NCBI GenBank assembly: GCA_030646955.1
Contig: JAUSKM010000033.1
Span: 1-62,614, forward strand
DNA: 62,614 nt
DNA from: a bacterium
GTDB taxonomy: Bacteria > Patescibacteriota > Patescibacteriia > JACPHY01
Direction: 5' to 3'
The position numbers and the translations under genes were made by a program. The notes beneath the pieces are model-generated. The model saw nothing but the letters and a program-made list of their open reading frames with translations, made no database searches and was not told the origin of the DNA. How positions within the stretch are numbered: position 1 is the stretch's first letter; each line of letters opens with the position of its first letter. Below are positions 19,139 through 28,860 of the stretch, piece after piece.

Positions 19139-20650
19139 ATGCTCCATACCCGTACCGTGATTGCCGCTTGCGTCGGATTCCTCACGGGTGTTGGCATTGC
19201 ATCGATCGCGTTTGCGTACGTGATTGTCCCATGGATCCCGATCGCCGTAGTCTGCAGCGCAGCAGCTCTCGCTGCGGCGATCGGGATGCGCGGTGCGCAT
19301 CGTCGGTTCGCCGTCGTAGCGATGAGTGCGCTGGTCTTCGGGATTGTGCGGTTTGCAATCGCGGTGCCGGTGCCCGCGGGTGCCGATGCGGATACGGTGG
19401 AAGGACGCGTAGTGCGCGTTGTGCCCGCGGGAGATGGTCGCATGCGCGTCGCAGTGCGCGATGCCGCGTATGATGCGCCGATTGTGGTCTCTCTGACGCG
19501 CAGCGATGTGCGATACGGTGATGTGATCCGTGTGTCGTGTGCGCCGCGCCAACCGCGATACCTGCGTGATCGGCTCACTGCCGCGGGCGAGTGCTGGGTG
19601 GGTGCATACGTGACGCCGCAGCTCCTCGCGCGGGGCGGCGGGAGCCCAACGCTCCGTGCGCTCGGCGCGCTCCGAGAGCGCTTCGCGGCAACGAACGCAG
19701 CTCACCTCACCGGCAATGCGCGCGCAGTCACCGCGAGTATTGCGCTTGGCGACCGCACCGCAACTACCGGCGCGCTCCTTGAGGCGTTCCGCACGACCGG
19801 CACGGTGCACGCGCTCGTCGTTTCCGGAGGGCATATGAGCATCATCGGTATGCTCCTCCTCGGCGCGCTTCGGCACATCCCCGTGCATCGGCGCACAGCG
19901 CTTCTCGCAACAGTCGCGATTCTTGCCGCGTTCGTTGTGATGGTAGGCGCAGATCCTTCCGCAGTCCGCGGCGCGCTCATGGCCGCTGCGCTCATTGCCG
20001 TGGAACTCTGCGGGCGCATTGCGAGCCGCGTCCGCATCCTCCTCCTCGTGGCGGTCGTGATGGTGGCTGTCCACCCGTACGTCCTTGCCTACGATCTCGG
20101 GTTTCAGCTCTCCTTCGCCGCTGTTGCCGGCATCGTGCTCCTCACGACAGTATTCGAACGTGCGCTCCCTGGCCGGCACGCGTGGGGGCGCGAGGTGCGT
20201 GCGGCGATCGCGGCATCCGCAGCGGCGACGATTGCCACCGCGCCGCTCCTCATCGGCGTTTTCGGCACATTCTCGATCATCGGAGTGCTCGCGAACGTCC
20301 CAGTCCTCCTTCTCCTCACGCCGCTCCTTGTCGCTGCGTTCGCCTTCCTTGGCCTCGGAACGCTCCTCCCGCCACTCGCGCCGCTCCTTGCGTGGCCGGC
20401 CGGCGCATTTGCGCACAGCGTCGCGTGGATCGTACAGCGCGCCGCGGCAATCCCGTGGGCGCAAGCGCATTTCGCCCCATGGGATTGGTGGTTCATTATT
20501 GGTTGCTACGCGTTCCTCGGCGCGTGCGTCATCGGGAGCATGCGGGCACGCGGAGAGCGCATCCTCTCGCCGTTTCGCGTACTCTCCGCTGACGCCGCGC
20601 TCCTCTCCGGCGCACCCGTACAGTGCGAGGAGCAAAGAATGAGAAGTTGA
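19139..20650 (+). CDS. comEC: ComEC/Rec2 DNA-uptake channel, membrane (Competence) domain only
   Basis: It is polytopic and carries FRTTGTVHALVVSGGHMSIIGMLL, the Competence-domain signature. It lacks the C-terminal MBL domain, which is encoded by the next ORF. Confidence 0.8.
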   Translation: MLHTRTVIAACVGFLTGVGIASIAFAYVIVPWIPIAVVCSAAALAAAIGMRGAHRRFAVVAMSALVFGIVRFAIAVPVPAGADADTVEGRVVRVVPAGDGRMRVAVRDAAYDAPIVVSLTRSDVRYGDVIRVSCAPRQPRYLRDRLTAAGECWVGAYVTPQLLARGGGSPTLRALGALRERFAATNAAHLTGNARAVTASIALGDRTATTGALLEAFRTTGTVHALVVSGGHMSIIGMLLLGALRHIPVHRRTALLATVAILAAFVVMVGADPSAVRGALMAAALIAVELCGRIASRVRILLLVAVVMVAVHPYVLAYDLGFQLSFAAVAGIVLLTTVFERALPGRHAWGREVRAAIAASAAATIATAPLLIGVFGTFSIIGVLANVPVLLLLTPLLVAAFAFLGLGTLLPPLAPLLAWPAGAFAHSVAWIVQRAAAIPWAQAHFAPWDWWFIIGCYAFLGACVIGSMRARGERILSPFRVLSADAALLSGAPVQCEEQRMRS

Positions 20651-20705
20651 GTAGCTCTGGAGTCATCCCGATCAACTGATACACCGTTCAACGGATCACC
20701 TCTCT

Positions 20706-21620
20706 ATGCAACGCGCTCCCTGGTCGCTCAAGCTCCTCGTGCCGCTCCTCGTCCTCATCGGCGCGGCGGTTCATGGCGCAGTGCGCGACACGTTCCCGGC
20801 ACGGGGAACCGAGGTGCCGCGCGTCGTGGTCCTTGATGTTGGGCAGGGCGATGCGATCCTCCTGGATGGTCCAGGCGACGGCGCGGAGGTGCTCATTGAC
20901 GGCGGGCCGGATGGGGATCGCATTATTGAGAAACTCGAGGAGTACCTGGGGCGTGATCGCACGCTGGATCTCGTGGTGCTCACGCACGCGCACGCAGATC
21001 ACGTTGCGGGTCTTGTCGAGGTGCTCCGGCGGTACGATGTACGTCAGGTGATGCTCACGGGCGCGGTGCACACGACGCAGACGCACGAGCGATTCCTGGA
21101 TGGGATTGCGCGCGATTACACCGCAGTGGTTCGCGGTATTGCCGGCGAACGGTTGGCGATTGGCCCGTTCACGCTCGACGTCCTCGCGCCACTGACCGAT
21201 CTCCAGGGTGTTCGCGTGGAGAACCTCAATAGCTCCTCCATCGTGCTCATGCTCACCGCAGATGCGGCGGACGGTCCGCATCGCATATTGCTGACCGGTG
21301 ATATGGAGGAGGACATCGAGGGGGCGCTGCTCGCTGCGTCTTGTGCAGCCGCATCGGAGCTCCCGTGTCCCGCGCTCGCTGCCGAGGTGCTCAAAGTTGG
21401 CCATCACGGCTCCGAGACCTCCTCCACGGAAGCGTTTCTTCGCGTGGTCGCACCGCAGCACGCGATCGTCTCTGTCGGCGCGCGCAATGACTATGGCCAC
21501 CCGCATCGACGCGCCCTCAAGCGTCTGGAGCGCATCGGTGCCTCGATCTGGCGTACGGATCGCGATGGCGATGTCGCCATTTCTTTCGGTGAGGACTTGC
21601 GCGTGATCGGGCAACACTGA
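20706..21620 (+). CDS. MBL-fold metallo-hydrolase corresponding to the ComEC C-terminal domain, encoded as a separate protein
   Basis: An N-terminal signal/anchor is followed by VVVLDVGQGDAILL, VLTHAHADHVAG and KVGHHGSETSS, which are ComEC-type beta-lactamase-fold motifs. Confidence 0.8.
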   Translation: MQRAPWSLKLLVPLLVLIGAAVHGAVRDTFPARGTEVPRVVVLDVGQGDAILLDGPGDGAEVLIDGGPDGDRIIEKLEEYLGRDRTLDLVVLTHAHADHVAGLVEVLRRYDVRQVMLTGAVHTTQTHERFLDGIARDYTAVVRGIAGERLAIGPFTLDVLAPLTDLQGVRVENLNSSSIVLMLTADAADGPHRILLTGDMEEDIEGALLAASCAAASELPCPALAAEVLKVGHHGSETSSTEAFLRVVAPQHAIVSVGARNDYGHPHRRALKRLERIGASIWRTDRDGDVAISFGEDLRVIGQH

Positions 21621-21690
21621 TACGCTGATGGTCGTACTGTCGTACTCATGAAGTAGGGAATCGTGTCTCGGTACCGGGGCACGCCATCGT

Positions 21691-22152
21691 ATGGAAAAAA
21701 CTGTCGTGCTCGTCAAGCCGGATGCGGTGCAGCGTGGACTCATCGGAGAAATTCTGCATCGGTTTGAGCGTAAGGGCCTCCAGGTCATTGGCATGAAGAT
21801 GCTCCGGCTCTCCGATCTCAAGGTGGAAGAGCACTACGCACATCACAAGGACAAGCCGTTCTTCGGCGGCTTGAAAGAGTTTATGCAAGCCGCGCCCATC
21901 GTGGCGATTGCGATTGAGGGAACGGATGCGATCGAGGCGGTGCGCATCATCGTGGGCCCCACGAAGGGCCGCGTGGCACCGGCAGGGAGTATTCGTGGTG
22001 ACTTTGCGATGTCCGTCCAGGAGAACCTCGTCCACGCATCCGATGCGCCCGAAACCGCCGCGGCAGAAATCGAGCGGTTTTTTGCCCAGGATGAGATTTT
22101 CGCTTACGAGCACGCCCCGCGGCCCTGGGTCTACGCTGCCGATGAGCGCTAG
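21691..22152 (+). CDS. ndk: Nucleoside-diphosphate kinase
   Basis: MEKTVVLVKPDAVQRGLIGEILHRFERKGL...GPTKGR...SIRGDF...NLVHASD. Confidence 0.95.
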   Translation: MEKTVVLVKPDAVQRGLIGEILHRFERKGLQVIGMKMLRLSDLKVEEHYAHHKDKPFFGGLKEFMQAAPIVAIAIEGTDAIEAVRIIVGPTKGRVAPAGSIRGDFAMSVQENLVHASDAPETAAAEIERFFAQDEIFAYEHAPRPWVYAADER

Positions 22153-22246
22153 ACGTGGCGTCCGGATACCTGTCGGAGCCCCGACGTATTGTGCCGTGAA
22201 CGTGCAGCGTTGGGGGCTTGCGGCTGGCGGTGTGTGGTTCTATACT

Positions 22247-22500
22247 GAAGGTGACTCCATTGCCTGTCGGAAAGGATCCGGGACAATCTCCGCTGTACGG
22301 GTGCACAATCCCAGACCGCTGTGGCGGAATGGGGAGCACCCACGCTCCCTGCACGCGCTTCGGGTTCCTACGGTACCCGGTCGGGAACCTACCACCATTG
22401 CCAGCCGTCGGTTGGCATTCGGAGGCAGGGAAACGGCTTGCGTGCGGTGGACGAGTTATTGCAGCCGGATCCTTCCCGGCAATTGGCGTGGAGTCACACG
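22247..22500 (+). ncRNA. Structured RNA with RNase P RNA-like closing helices (possible compact rnpB); the true ends may extend further
   Basis: There are three long-range pairings: gtgactcc (22251-58) with ggagtcac (22490-97), attgcc with ggcaat, and ggaaaggatccgg with ccggatccttcc with one bulged A. The last resembles P4 (consensus GGAAAGUCCGG / CCCGGCUU). The segments gggtgcacaa..accgc and ggacgagtta..cag resemble conserved rnpB stretches. No credible CDS covers the region. It was not verified with a covariance model. Confidence 0.5.
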
Positions 22501-22605
22501 GGGAGCAGGAGCGTGCGTACGGAGCGGCGGGAGGGATGTCCTGCGCCGCGGTCGTGCGCTCTCTGTGTTCTATGAGGGGTATACGGTTTTTTTGGAGCGT
22601 TCACT

Positions 22606-22678
22606 CGGGCCGTAGCGCAGCTGGTAGCGCGCATGCATGGGGTGCATGAGGCCGCGGGTTCGAGCCCCGCCGGCCCGA
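22606..22678 (+). tRNA. tRNA-Pro (anticodon GGG)
   Basis: Hand-folded cloverleaf: acceptor CGGGCCG/CGGCCCG with C1:G72 and A73 (Pro identity features), D arm GCGC/GCGC, anticodon stem CATGC/GCATG, loop AT-GGG-GT with G37, T arm GCGGG-TTCGAGC-CCCGC. CCA is not encoded. Confidence 0.9.
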
Positions 22679-22870
22679 GTGAGGGCTTGATGGCGCACGG
22701 TGGTTGACAGCACCCAGGTGAGATGCTACTCTGTTCATAGGATTGTGGACGGCGCCCGCCGGACGGGGCGCGTTTTTTGTTCTTTTGCAGTGCAGCAATG
22801 AGAGAAGGGGTACCGCATGGTGAGAAGAAGGCGAGCAGTACCACGGCGTCAGGGTGATGACAGGAAACCC

Positions 22871-23377
22871 ATGCGCACCGGAGACTTTCTGGTGCTCGGA
22901 GACCTCACGTACCAGCGCCACTGGAACGAGCGCAGCGAGCAGGTTGAGTCCCGTGCGTACATCGTGATTCGTGTCGGGAGGGAGGAGCACGAGTACATCG
23001 GCATTGGGCGTGCGTGCGAGGGAACCGTCACGGCAATCGAGCTTGCGCTCCGTGATGCGTTGGGCAGCGCGCGCGTCGAATTGCCGGTTGCCGAGCTGCT
23101 GGCGTTCGAGATGCACGTCGCCGTCGGGAAGACCGAGGCCAACGCATCGGTCACTGCCACCGCGCACGTGCGGCTCGGCGACTGGCACGGGCGCGTGCAG
23201 GTGGACCACCCGGACGCCGCAACTGCCGGCGCATACCTCCTGTTTGACGCGTACGACCGGCTGCTCTACAAGCAATGGTTCGAGCGTCTGTCGATTGCTC
23301 GCATGCGGCCGGAGGACGTCGCGCACCTGCAGCCGCAGGAAGAGAGCCGCGAGCCGGAAGAGCAGCTCCTCGTCTGA
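22871..23377 (+). CDS. Hypothetical protein; the core weakly resembles a stand-alone LeuA-type regulatory (LeuA_dimer-like) domain
   Basis: Track ORF 22817..23377. The core is YIVIRVGREEHEYIGIGRACEGTVTAIELALRDALG and the tail is acidic. Both the start and the family are uncertain. Confidence 0.4.
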   Translation: MRTGDFLVLGDLTYQRHWNERSEQVESRAYIVIRVGREEHEYIGIGRACEGTVTAIELALRDALGSARVELPVAELLAFEMHVAVGKTEANASVTATAHVRLGDWHGRVQVDHPDAATAGAYLLFDAYDRLLYKQWFERLSIARMRPEDVAHLQPQEESREPEEQLLV

Positions 23378-23416
23378 ACGAGCGTTCGTTGTGGTGCGTG
23401 CTACGAGTCAACGCGA

Positions 23417-23443
23417 GAACCCCCGATCCAAGATCGGGGGTTC
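23417..23443. terminator. Bidirectional hairpin between convergent genes
   Basis: A perfect 12-bp stem gaacccccgatc/gatcgggggttc with loop caa lies between the 23377 stop (+) and the rpmB stop (-). Confidence 0.7.
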
Positions 23444-23463
23444 TGCTCATTCCATCGCGTCGC

Positions 23464-23646
23464 TTACACCTTCGCGAGATTCTTTTTGTGCGTACGCAGG
23501 CAGCGAGTGCAGATACGCTTTCGCAGGCCATCCAGTTTCTTTTGGATGAGGTTGATGCCGAAGGTTCGCTTCGTCTTCATGTTGGAGTGGCTCACGTTGT
23601 TGCCGCTCTTTGCTCCGCGGTGGCAGAGATCGCATCGTCTGGCCAT
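23464..23646 (-). CDS. rpmB: 50S ribosomal protein L28
   Basis: MARRCDLCHRGAKSGNNVSHSNMKTKRTFGINL matches the L28 N-terminal pattern. Length is 60 aa. Confidence 0.9.
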   Translation of the reverse strand: MARRCDLCHRGAKSGNNVSHSNMKTKRTFGINLIQKKLDGLRKRICTRCLRTHKKNLAKV

Positions 23647-23728
23647 AGTCGAGGGTTCAATAACGCATTGTCCAGGAATAATGCTACACTACCAGCAATA
23701 CGGGCGTTGTCAAATGACCTGATGTTCC

Positions 23729-24367
23729 ATGCCTATTTCGCTCATCCTCCAGCAGCCCGCCGTTGGCGCCGCATGGGTTGCGGCCATTCTTGTCGCGCTC
23801 GCAATCCACGAGTTCTCGCACGCGCTCGTGGGGACGCTGCTGGGTGATTCTACGGCCAAGCAGGAGGGTCGGTTGACCCTCAATCCGCTCGCACATGTGG
23901 ATCCGTTGGGATTCCTCATGCTCCTCTTCGTGGGGTTCGGATGGGGGCGGCCGGTACCGTTTGATCCGTCCCAGCTCCGCTACCGCACCTGGGGACCGGC
24001 GCTCGTCGCAATGGCGGGACCAGCCATGAATCTCCTTGGCGTGCTCGTGTGTGGCACGCTCCTCGCCGTTTTGGATCGGTACGCGCCCCTGCCGCCGAAT
24101 AATTTGTTTATCTTCTTCCTCGCATTCGCGTTTCAGATGAACATCGTGCTCATGCTCTTTAATCTCATTCCAATCCCGCCGCTCGACGGCTCCAAGGTGC
24201 TCCTCGCGGCACTGGATCGGCCGCAGTACGACCGCGCGCGTTTCCTCCTGGAGACCCGGGGGCCGATGATTTTGCTCGGCATCATCATCCTGGATTCCTT
24301 CGCGGGCGGTATTGTCTTCAGTCGCCTCTTCCGTGGCGCCATGGATTGGATTGTGGGCTTGTTCTAG
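23729..24367 (+). CDS. Site-2 protease family (peptidase M50) zinc metalloprotease
   Basis: An HEFSHAL (HExxH) motif sits in a TM helix. LNPLAHVDPLG and FNLIPIPPLDGSKV are M50 motifs. Confidence 0.85.
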   Translation: MPISLILQQPAVGAAWVAAILVALAIHEFSHALVGTLLGDSTAKQEGRLTLNPLAHVDPLGFLMLLFVGFGWGRPVPFDPSQLRYRTWGPALVAMAGPAMNLLGVLVCGTLLAVLDRYAPLPPNNLFIFFLAFAFQMNIVLMLFNLIPIPPLDGSKVLLAALDRPQYDRARFLLETRGPMILLGIIILDSFAGGIVFSRLFRGAMDWIVGLF

Positions 24368-24404
24368 CAAGATCGACGTATCGCGAAGCGGGGAAATTCC
24401 CCGC

Positions 24405-24432
24405 TTGACTGCGTTTCCCGTGTTGATACCGT
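24405..24432 (+). promoter_or_regulatory. Candidate sigma-70-type promoter of groES-groEL
   Basis: TTGACT-N16-TACCGT lies 15 nt upstream of the CIRCE element. Confidence 0.45.
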
Positions 24433-24446
24433 TGTGGATAGAACGT

Positions 24447-24473
24447 TTAGCACTCTTGGGTCGAGAGCGCTAA
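24447..24473 (+). promoter_or_regulatory. CIRCE operator (HrcA binding site)
   Basis: TTAGCACTC-ttgggtcga-GAGCGCTAA compared with the consensus TTAGCACTC-N9-GAGTGCTAA has one mismatch. It lies about 95 nt upstream of groES. Confidence 0.85.
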
Positions 24474-24567
24474 ACAGTTTTGTTTGGGTAATAATCGCAC
24501 AGAATACGGAACGGAGTCATGGAACCAATGTGGTTCCCTGCGCATCGTTCCCTGGTTCTTGGCTCGT

Positions 24568-26507
<1,940 letters not shown>

Positions 26508-26526
26508 GCCGCCTTTAGTCCGTACA

Positions 26527-26568
26527 ACAATGCATCGCGCATTCTTTGCGCGATGCATTGTATTTTTT
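26527..26568 (+). terminator. Rho-independent terminator of groEL
   Basis: A 15-bp perfect stem acaatgcatcgcgca/tgcgcgatgcattgt with loop ttctt is followed by attttttg. Confidence 0.85.
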
Positions 26569-26626
26569 GAGGAACTCAGCGAGCCGCGGGTGTATGTTTG
26601 CAGGCGGCTCCATATCTGTTTCCGAT

Positions 26627-26716
26627 CCTCCCCCTCTCCATGTCCATGGAGGTGGGGATCTATCCACCTCTCCCTCCCTAACCCTCCCTCTCCCCTGGAA
26701 GCGGAGAGGGAGGGGA
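26627..26716. repeat. Repeat family A, copy 2 (inverted relative to copy 1) plus an adjacent related hairpin
   Basis: 26664..26715 (ccacctctccctccctaaccctccctctcccc-tggaa-gcggagagggagggg) is nearly identical to the reverse complement of 19000..19054. Upstream of it lies the hairpin cccctctccatg-tc-catggaggtgggg. Confidence 0.8.
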
Positions 26717-26789
26717 GTTGACTGTGTATCGAACATGTAAAGCTGCAGGACGGACATCAGTATTTTTTTTGCTCGATTGAGCGAAGCAC

Positions 26790-26820
26790 TTGACAATCGC
26801 CTGAAAATAAGGTATATAAT
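26790..26820 (+). promoter_or_regulatory. Near-consensus sigma-70 promoter
   Basis: TTGACA-N17-TATATA, with TATAAT shifted by 2 nt. It lies about 65 nt upstream of an AGGAGG Shine-Dalgarno and the 26886 start. Confidence 0.6.
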
Positions 26821-26885
26821 ATAGTCAGCATGGAGATGCTGGCGTAGGACCTTCACAACCGAAAGAGAAGAAAGAGGAGGTGTGC

Positions 26886-28781
26886 GTGAGCATACTGTTC
26901 GGTATCCTGATCTGCGGACTGATCGTCATCGGCGTCGTGCTCGCGATCGTCGCCGGAGCGGTGGTGCTCGGCAAAGCGTGGGATGCGGCAACGCGTCCAC
27001 GCGACGAAGAGGAAGCGTCTGCGGATGCACACGATGTGGACTGGGAGATCCCGCTCATCCCGCGGTTCCGGCTGTGCTCGTGGTACGGACGGCTCCTGCT
27101 CGCTGCCTACGGAAGCGACCGCGGGTGGTTGCTCGCATTGCGTCTCGTCCGCATCGGACGGGAGCAGCGGGATTACTACGGTGTGGGAGCGGACCTCGAG
27201 GAGGAGGCACTGGCGTCGCGAACGTTCGCGCTCGCGCGGCAGATGGCCCTGCGGCCGCCGCAGACGGAGCCGTTCGTGGACAACGGGCGCCCCATCTCGG
27301 TCTGCCCGACGTTCTGGAAGATCATCGTCGCGAGCTACGTGTACGTGACGTGGTCGTTCCTGCGGTGGGTGGCGCGTAAGGTGCTGCAGCTGTTGCAGGT
27401 GGCAGGCGAGCACGGCATCACGCGTTGGCGTGTTGCCGCGGTGACAGCCGTCGTCGCCCTCGCTGCCTTCGCGCACGTCGCGCCGTCGTACTACTACGCG
27501 TACGCGTTGCCGCGCATCGAGCGGGAGGCGGCAGACGACGCATGGGCGCGGCAGCAGGCGCTGTGGAGCGAGCAATCGGATGCGGCGTATGCGGCCGAGA
27601 CGGCGCGCGTTCGCGCGGAAGTTCCCGCGTTCGTGGATGCGTACGTGCCGTATGTCCGGCGGCTGGCGGCCGAGATCGAGGCCGTGCGCGCCGATGCGTG
27701 CGGTGCGAACGTCTGGGAGTTCCAGGAGCGGTACCGCAGCGACAACGTGCGTCCCGCGATCGTCTGCTTCACGCGGCCGTTCGATTGGGCGCTCGATGTG
27801 TTTCTGCTCAACCAGAAGTTTGGGCGGCCCATGGAGTTCCTCGGGTACACGCACCTCCGCAATGAGTGGGGCGGGTACGAGCTCGATGCATACGACGATG
27901 CGCCGGTGTGGTGGTTCGCACTCACCGGGGATCACCATCCGCTCGCCAACGCCGATGCGGCGCACTGGAGGATGTTTCGCGAGCTGCTCCCGCAGCGCTT
28001 CATCGAGGAGCGCGTTCGTGAGGACGAGATCGTCGTCGCGTACGATTGGCTCTCGGAGATCATCGAGGAACAGGAGGAGGTGCTCGCGCGGCAAGAGCGC
28101 GAGCACAGGCAGCAGAGACACGCGCAGCGCGTGGCCGAGAGGCGCGCGGCGATGATGCTGTTCCCAGAAGTCGTCGCGGCACGCGTGCACCTCGCACGGC
28201 TCGATGGAGATCCGATGGTGATCGCGTACGCGATCACCGAACGCTACCGGTGCTTCTTGCAAAGTACGGGGTACTGGTACTTCAGCGGTCGGGCTTTGAA
28301 CGGCGATTACCCGGATGATGCCTTCTGCGCTGCGATTGGTACGGGGTACGAGGATGCATATCTCGCCGGAACCGCGGCACTCGGGGCGCTCGATGACGAG
28401 CGCAACAACGCCGGCAAGGCGTTTGCCGGTGCCATCGAAGGCGCGACGCGCATGCGATCGGCCGCGGCGTTCATTGTGCTGTGCATCCTCCTTGTGCTCC
28501 TCAACCGGACGTATGCCGGCGCGATGGTCCGCGCGTTCGCCAGCGGCATCGCCGAGGGCTTCGTGTGGCTCGTCGGCATCGCAACGGTGCCCGCTTGGGG
28601 CCTCGTGGCGTCGCTCGTCTGGCTCGTCGTCAGCTTCGCGCCTTCCGTCGCTCGCGCCGTTTCCGATTGGTGGCGCAAGCACATCGCCCCGCCCGTCGCG
28701 GACACATGGAAGCTTGCCGCCGGGTTCGCCCGCGCGAAGTGGCACGATCGCCTCTGCCCGCCCATCGAGTGGCAGCGCTAG
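26886..28781 (+). CDS. Orphan multi-pass membrane protein, unknown function
   Basis: Track ORF 26880..28781. I prefer the in-frame GTG at 26886, 5 nt after AGGAGG. It has an N-terminal TM, two further TMs near residues 150-215, a large Trp/Tyr/Arg-rich soluble region and three C-terminal TMs. No family motif was recognised. Confidence 0.55.
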   Translation: MSILFGILICGLIVIGVVLAIVAGAVVLGKAWDAATRPRDEEEASADAHDVDWEIPLIPRFRLCSWYGRLLLAAYGSDRGWLLALRLVRIGREQRDYYGVGADLEEEALASRTFALARQMALRPPQTEPFVDNGRPISVCPTFWKIIVASYVYVTWSFLRWVARKVLQLLQVAGEHGITRWRVAAVTAVVALAAFAHVAPSYYYAYALPRIEREAADDAWARQQALWSEQSDAAYAAETARVRAEVPAFVDAYVPYVRRLAAEIEAVRADACGANVWEFQERYRSDNVRPAIVCFTRPFDWALDVFLLNQKFGRPMEFLGYTHLRNEWGGYELDAYDDAPVWWFALTGDHHPLANADAAHWRMFRELLPQRFIEERVREDEIVVAYDWLSEIIEEQEEVLARQEREHRQQRHAQRVAERRAAMMLFPEVVAARVHLARLDGDPMVIAYAITERYRCFLQSTGYWYFSGRALNGDYPDDAFCAAIGTGYEDAYLAGTAALGALDDERNNAGKAFAGAIEGATRMRSAAAFIVLCILLVLLNRTYAGAMVRAFASGIAEGFVWLVGIATVPAWGLVASLVWLVVSFAPSVARAVSDWWRKHIAPPVADTWKLAAGFARAKWHDRLCPPIEWQR

Positions 28782-28795
28782 GCTGTCGTGATATC

Positions 28796-28828
28796 CAAGA
28801 CCGGTCTCCCCTCATGGGAGACCGGTCT
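28796..28828 (+). terminator. Hairpin terminator
   Basis: A 14-bp stem aagaccggtctccc/gggagaccggtctt with loop ctcat. The T tract is weak. Confidence 0.6.
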
Positions 28829-28860
28829 TCTCATTGTGCGATGTGGTACACTGTGGATGT

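Noticed and set aside
18995-20635. 546-aa minus-strand ORF opposite comEC
   Set aside because: It is an Arg/Glu/His-rich antisense frame. The plus strand encodes a polytopic ComEC with its signature motif.
22218-22649. Several 84-143-aa ORFs on both strands between ndk and tRNA-Pro
   Set aside because: They overlap the hand-folded tRNA-Pro and a region dominated by long-range RNA helices. Their composition is Arg/Gly/Cys-rich and none has an RBS.
26853-28745. 630-aa minus-strand ORF opposite the orphan membrane protein
   Set aside because: The plus strand has a consensus promoter, an AGGAGG and clear TM helices. The minus product is Arg/His/Pro/Glu-rich with no hydrophobic segments. A residual doubt is noted in the findings.
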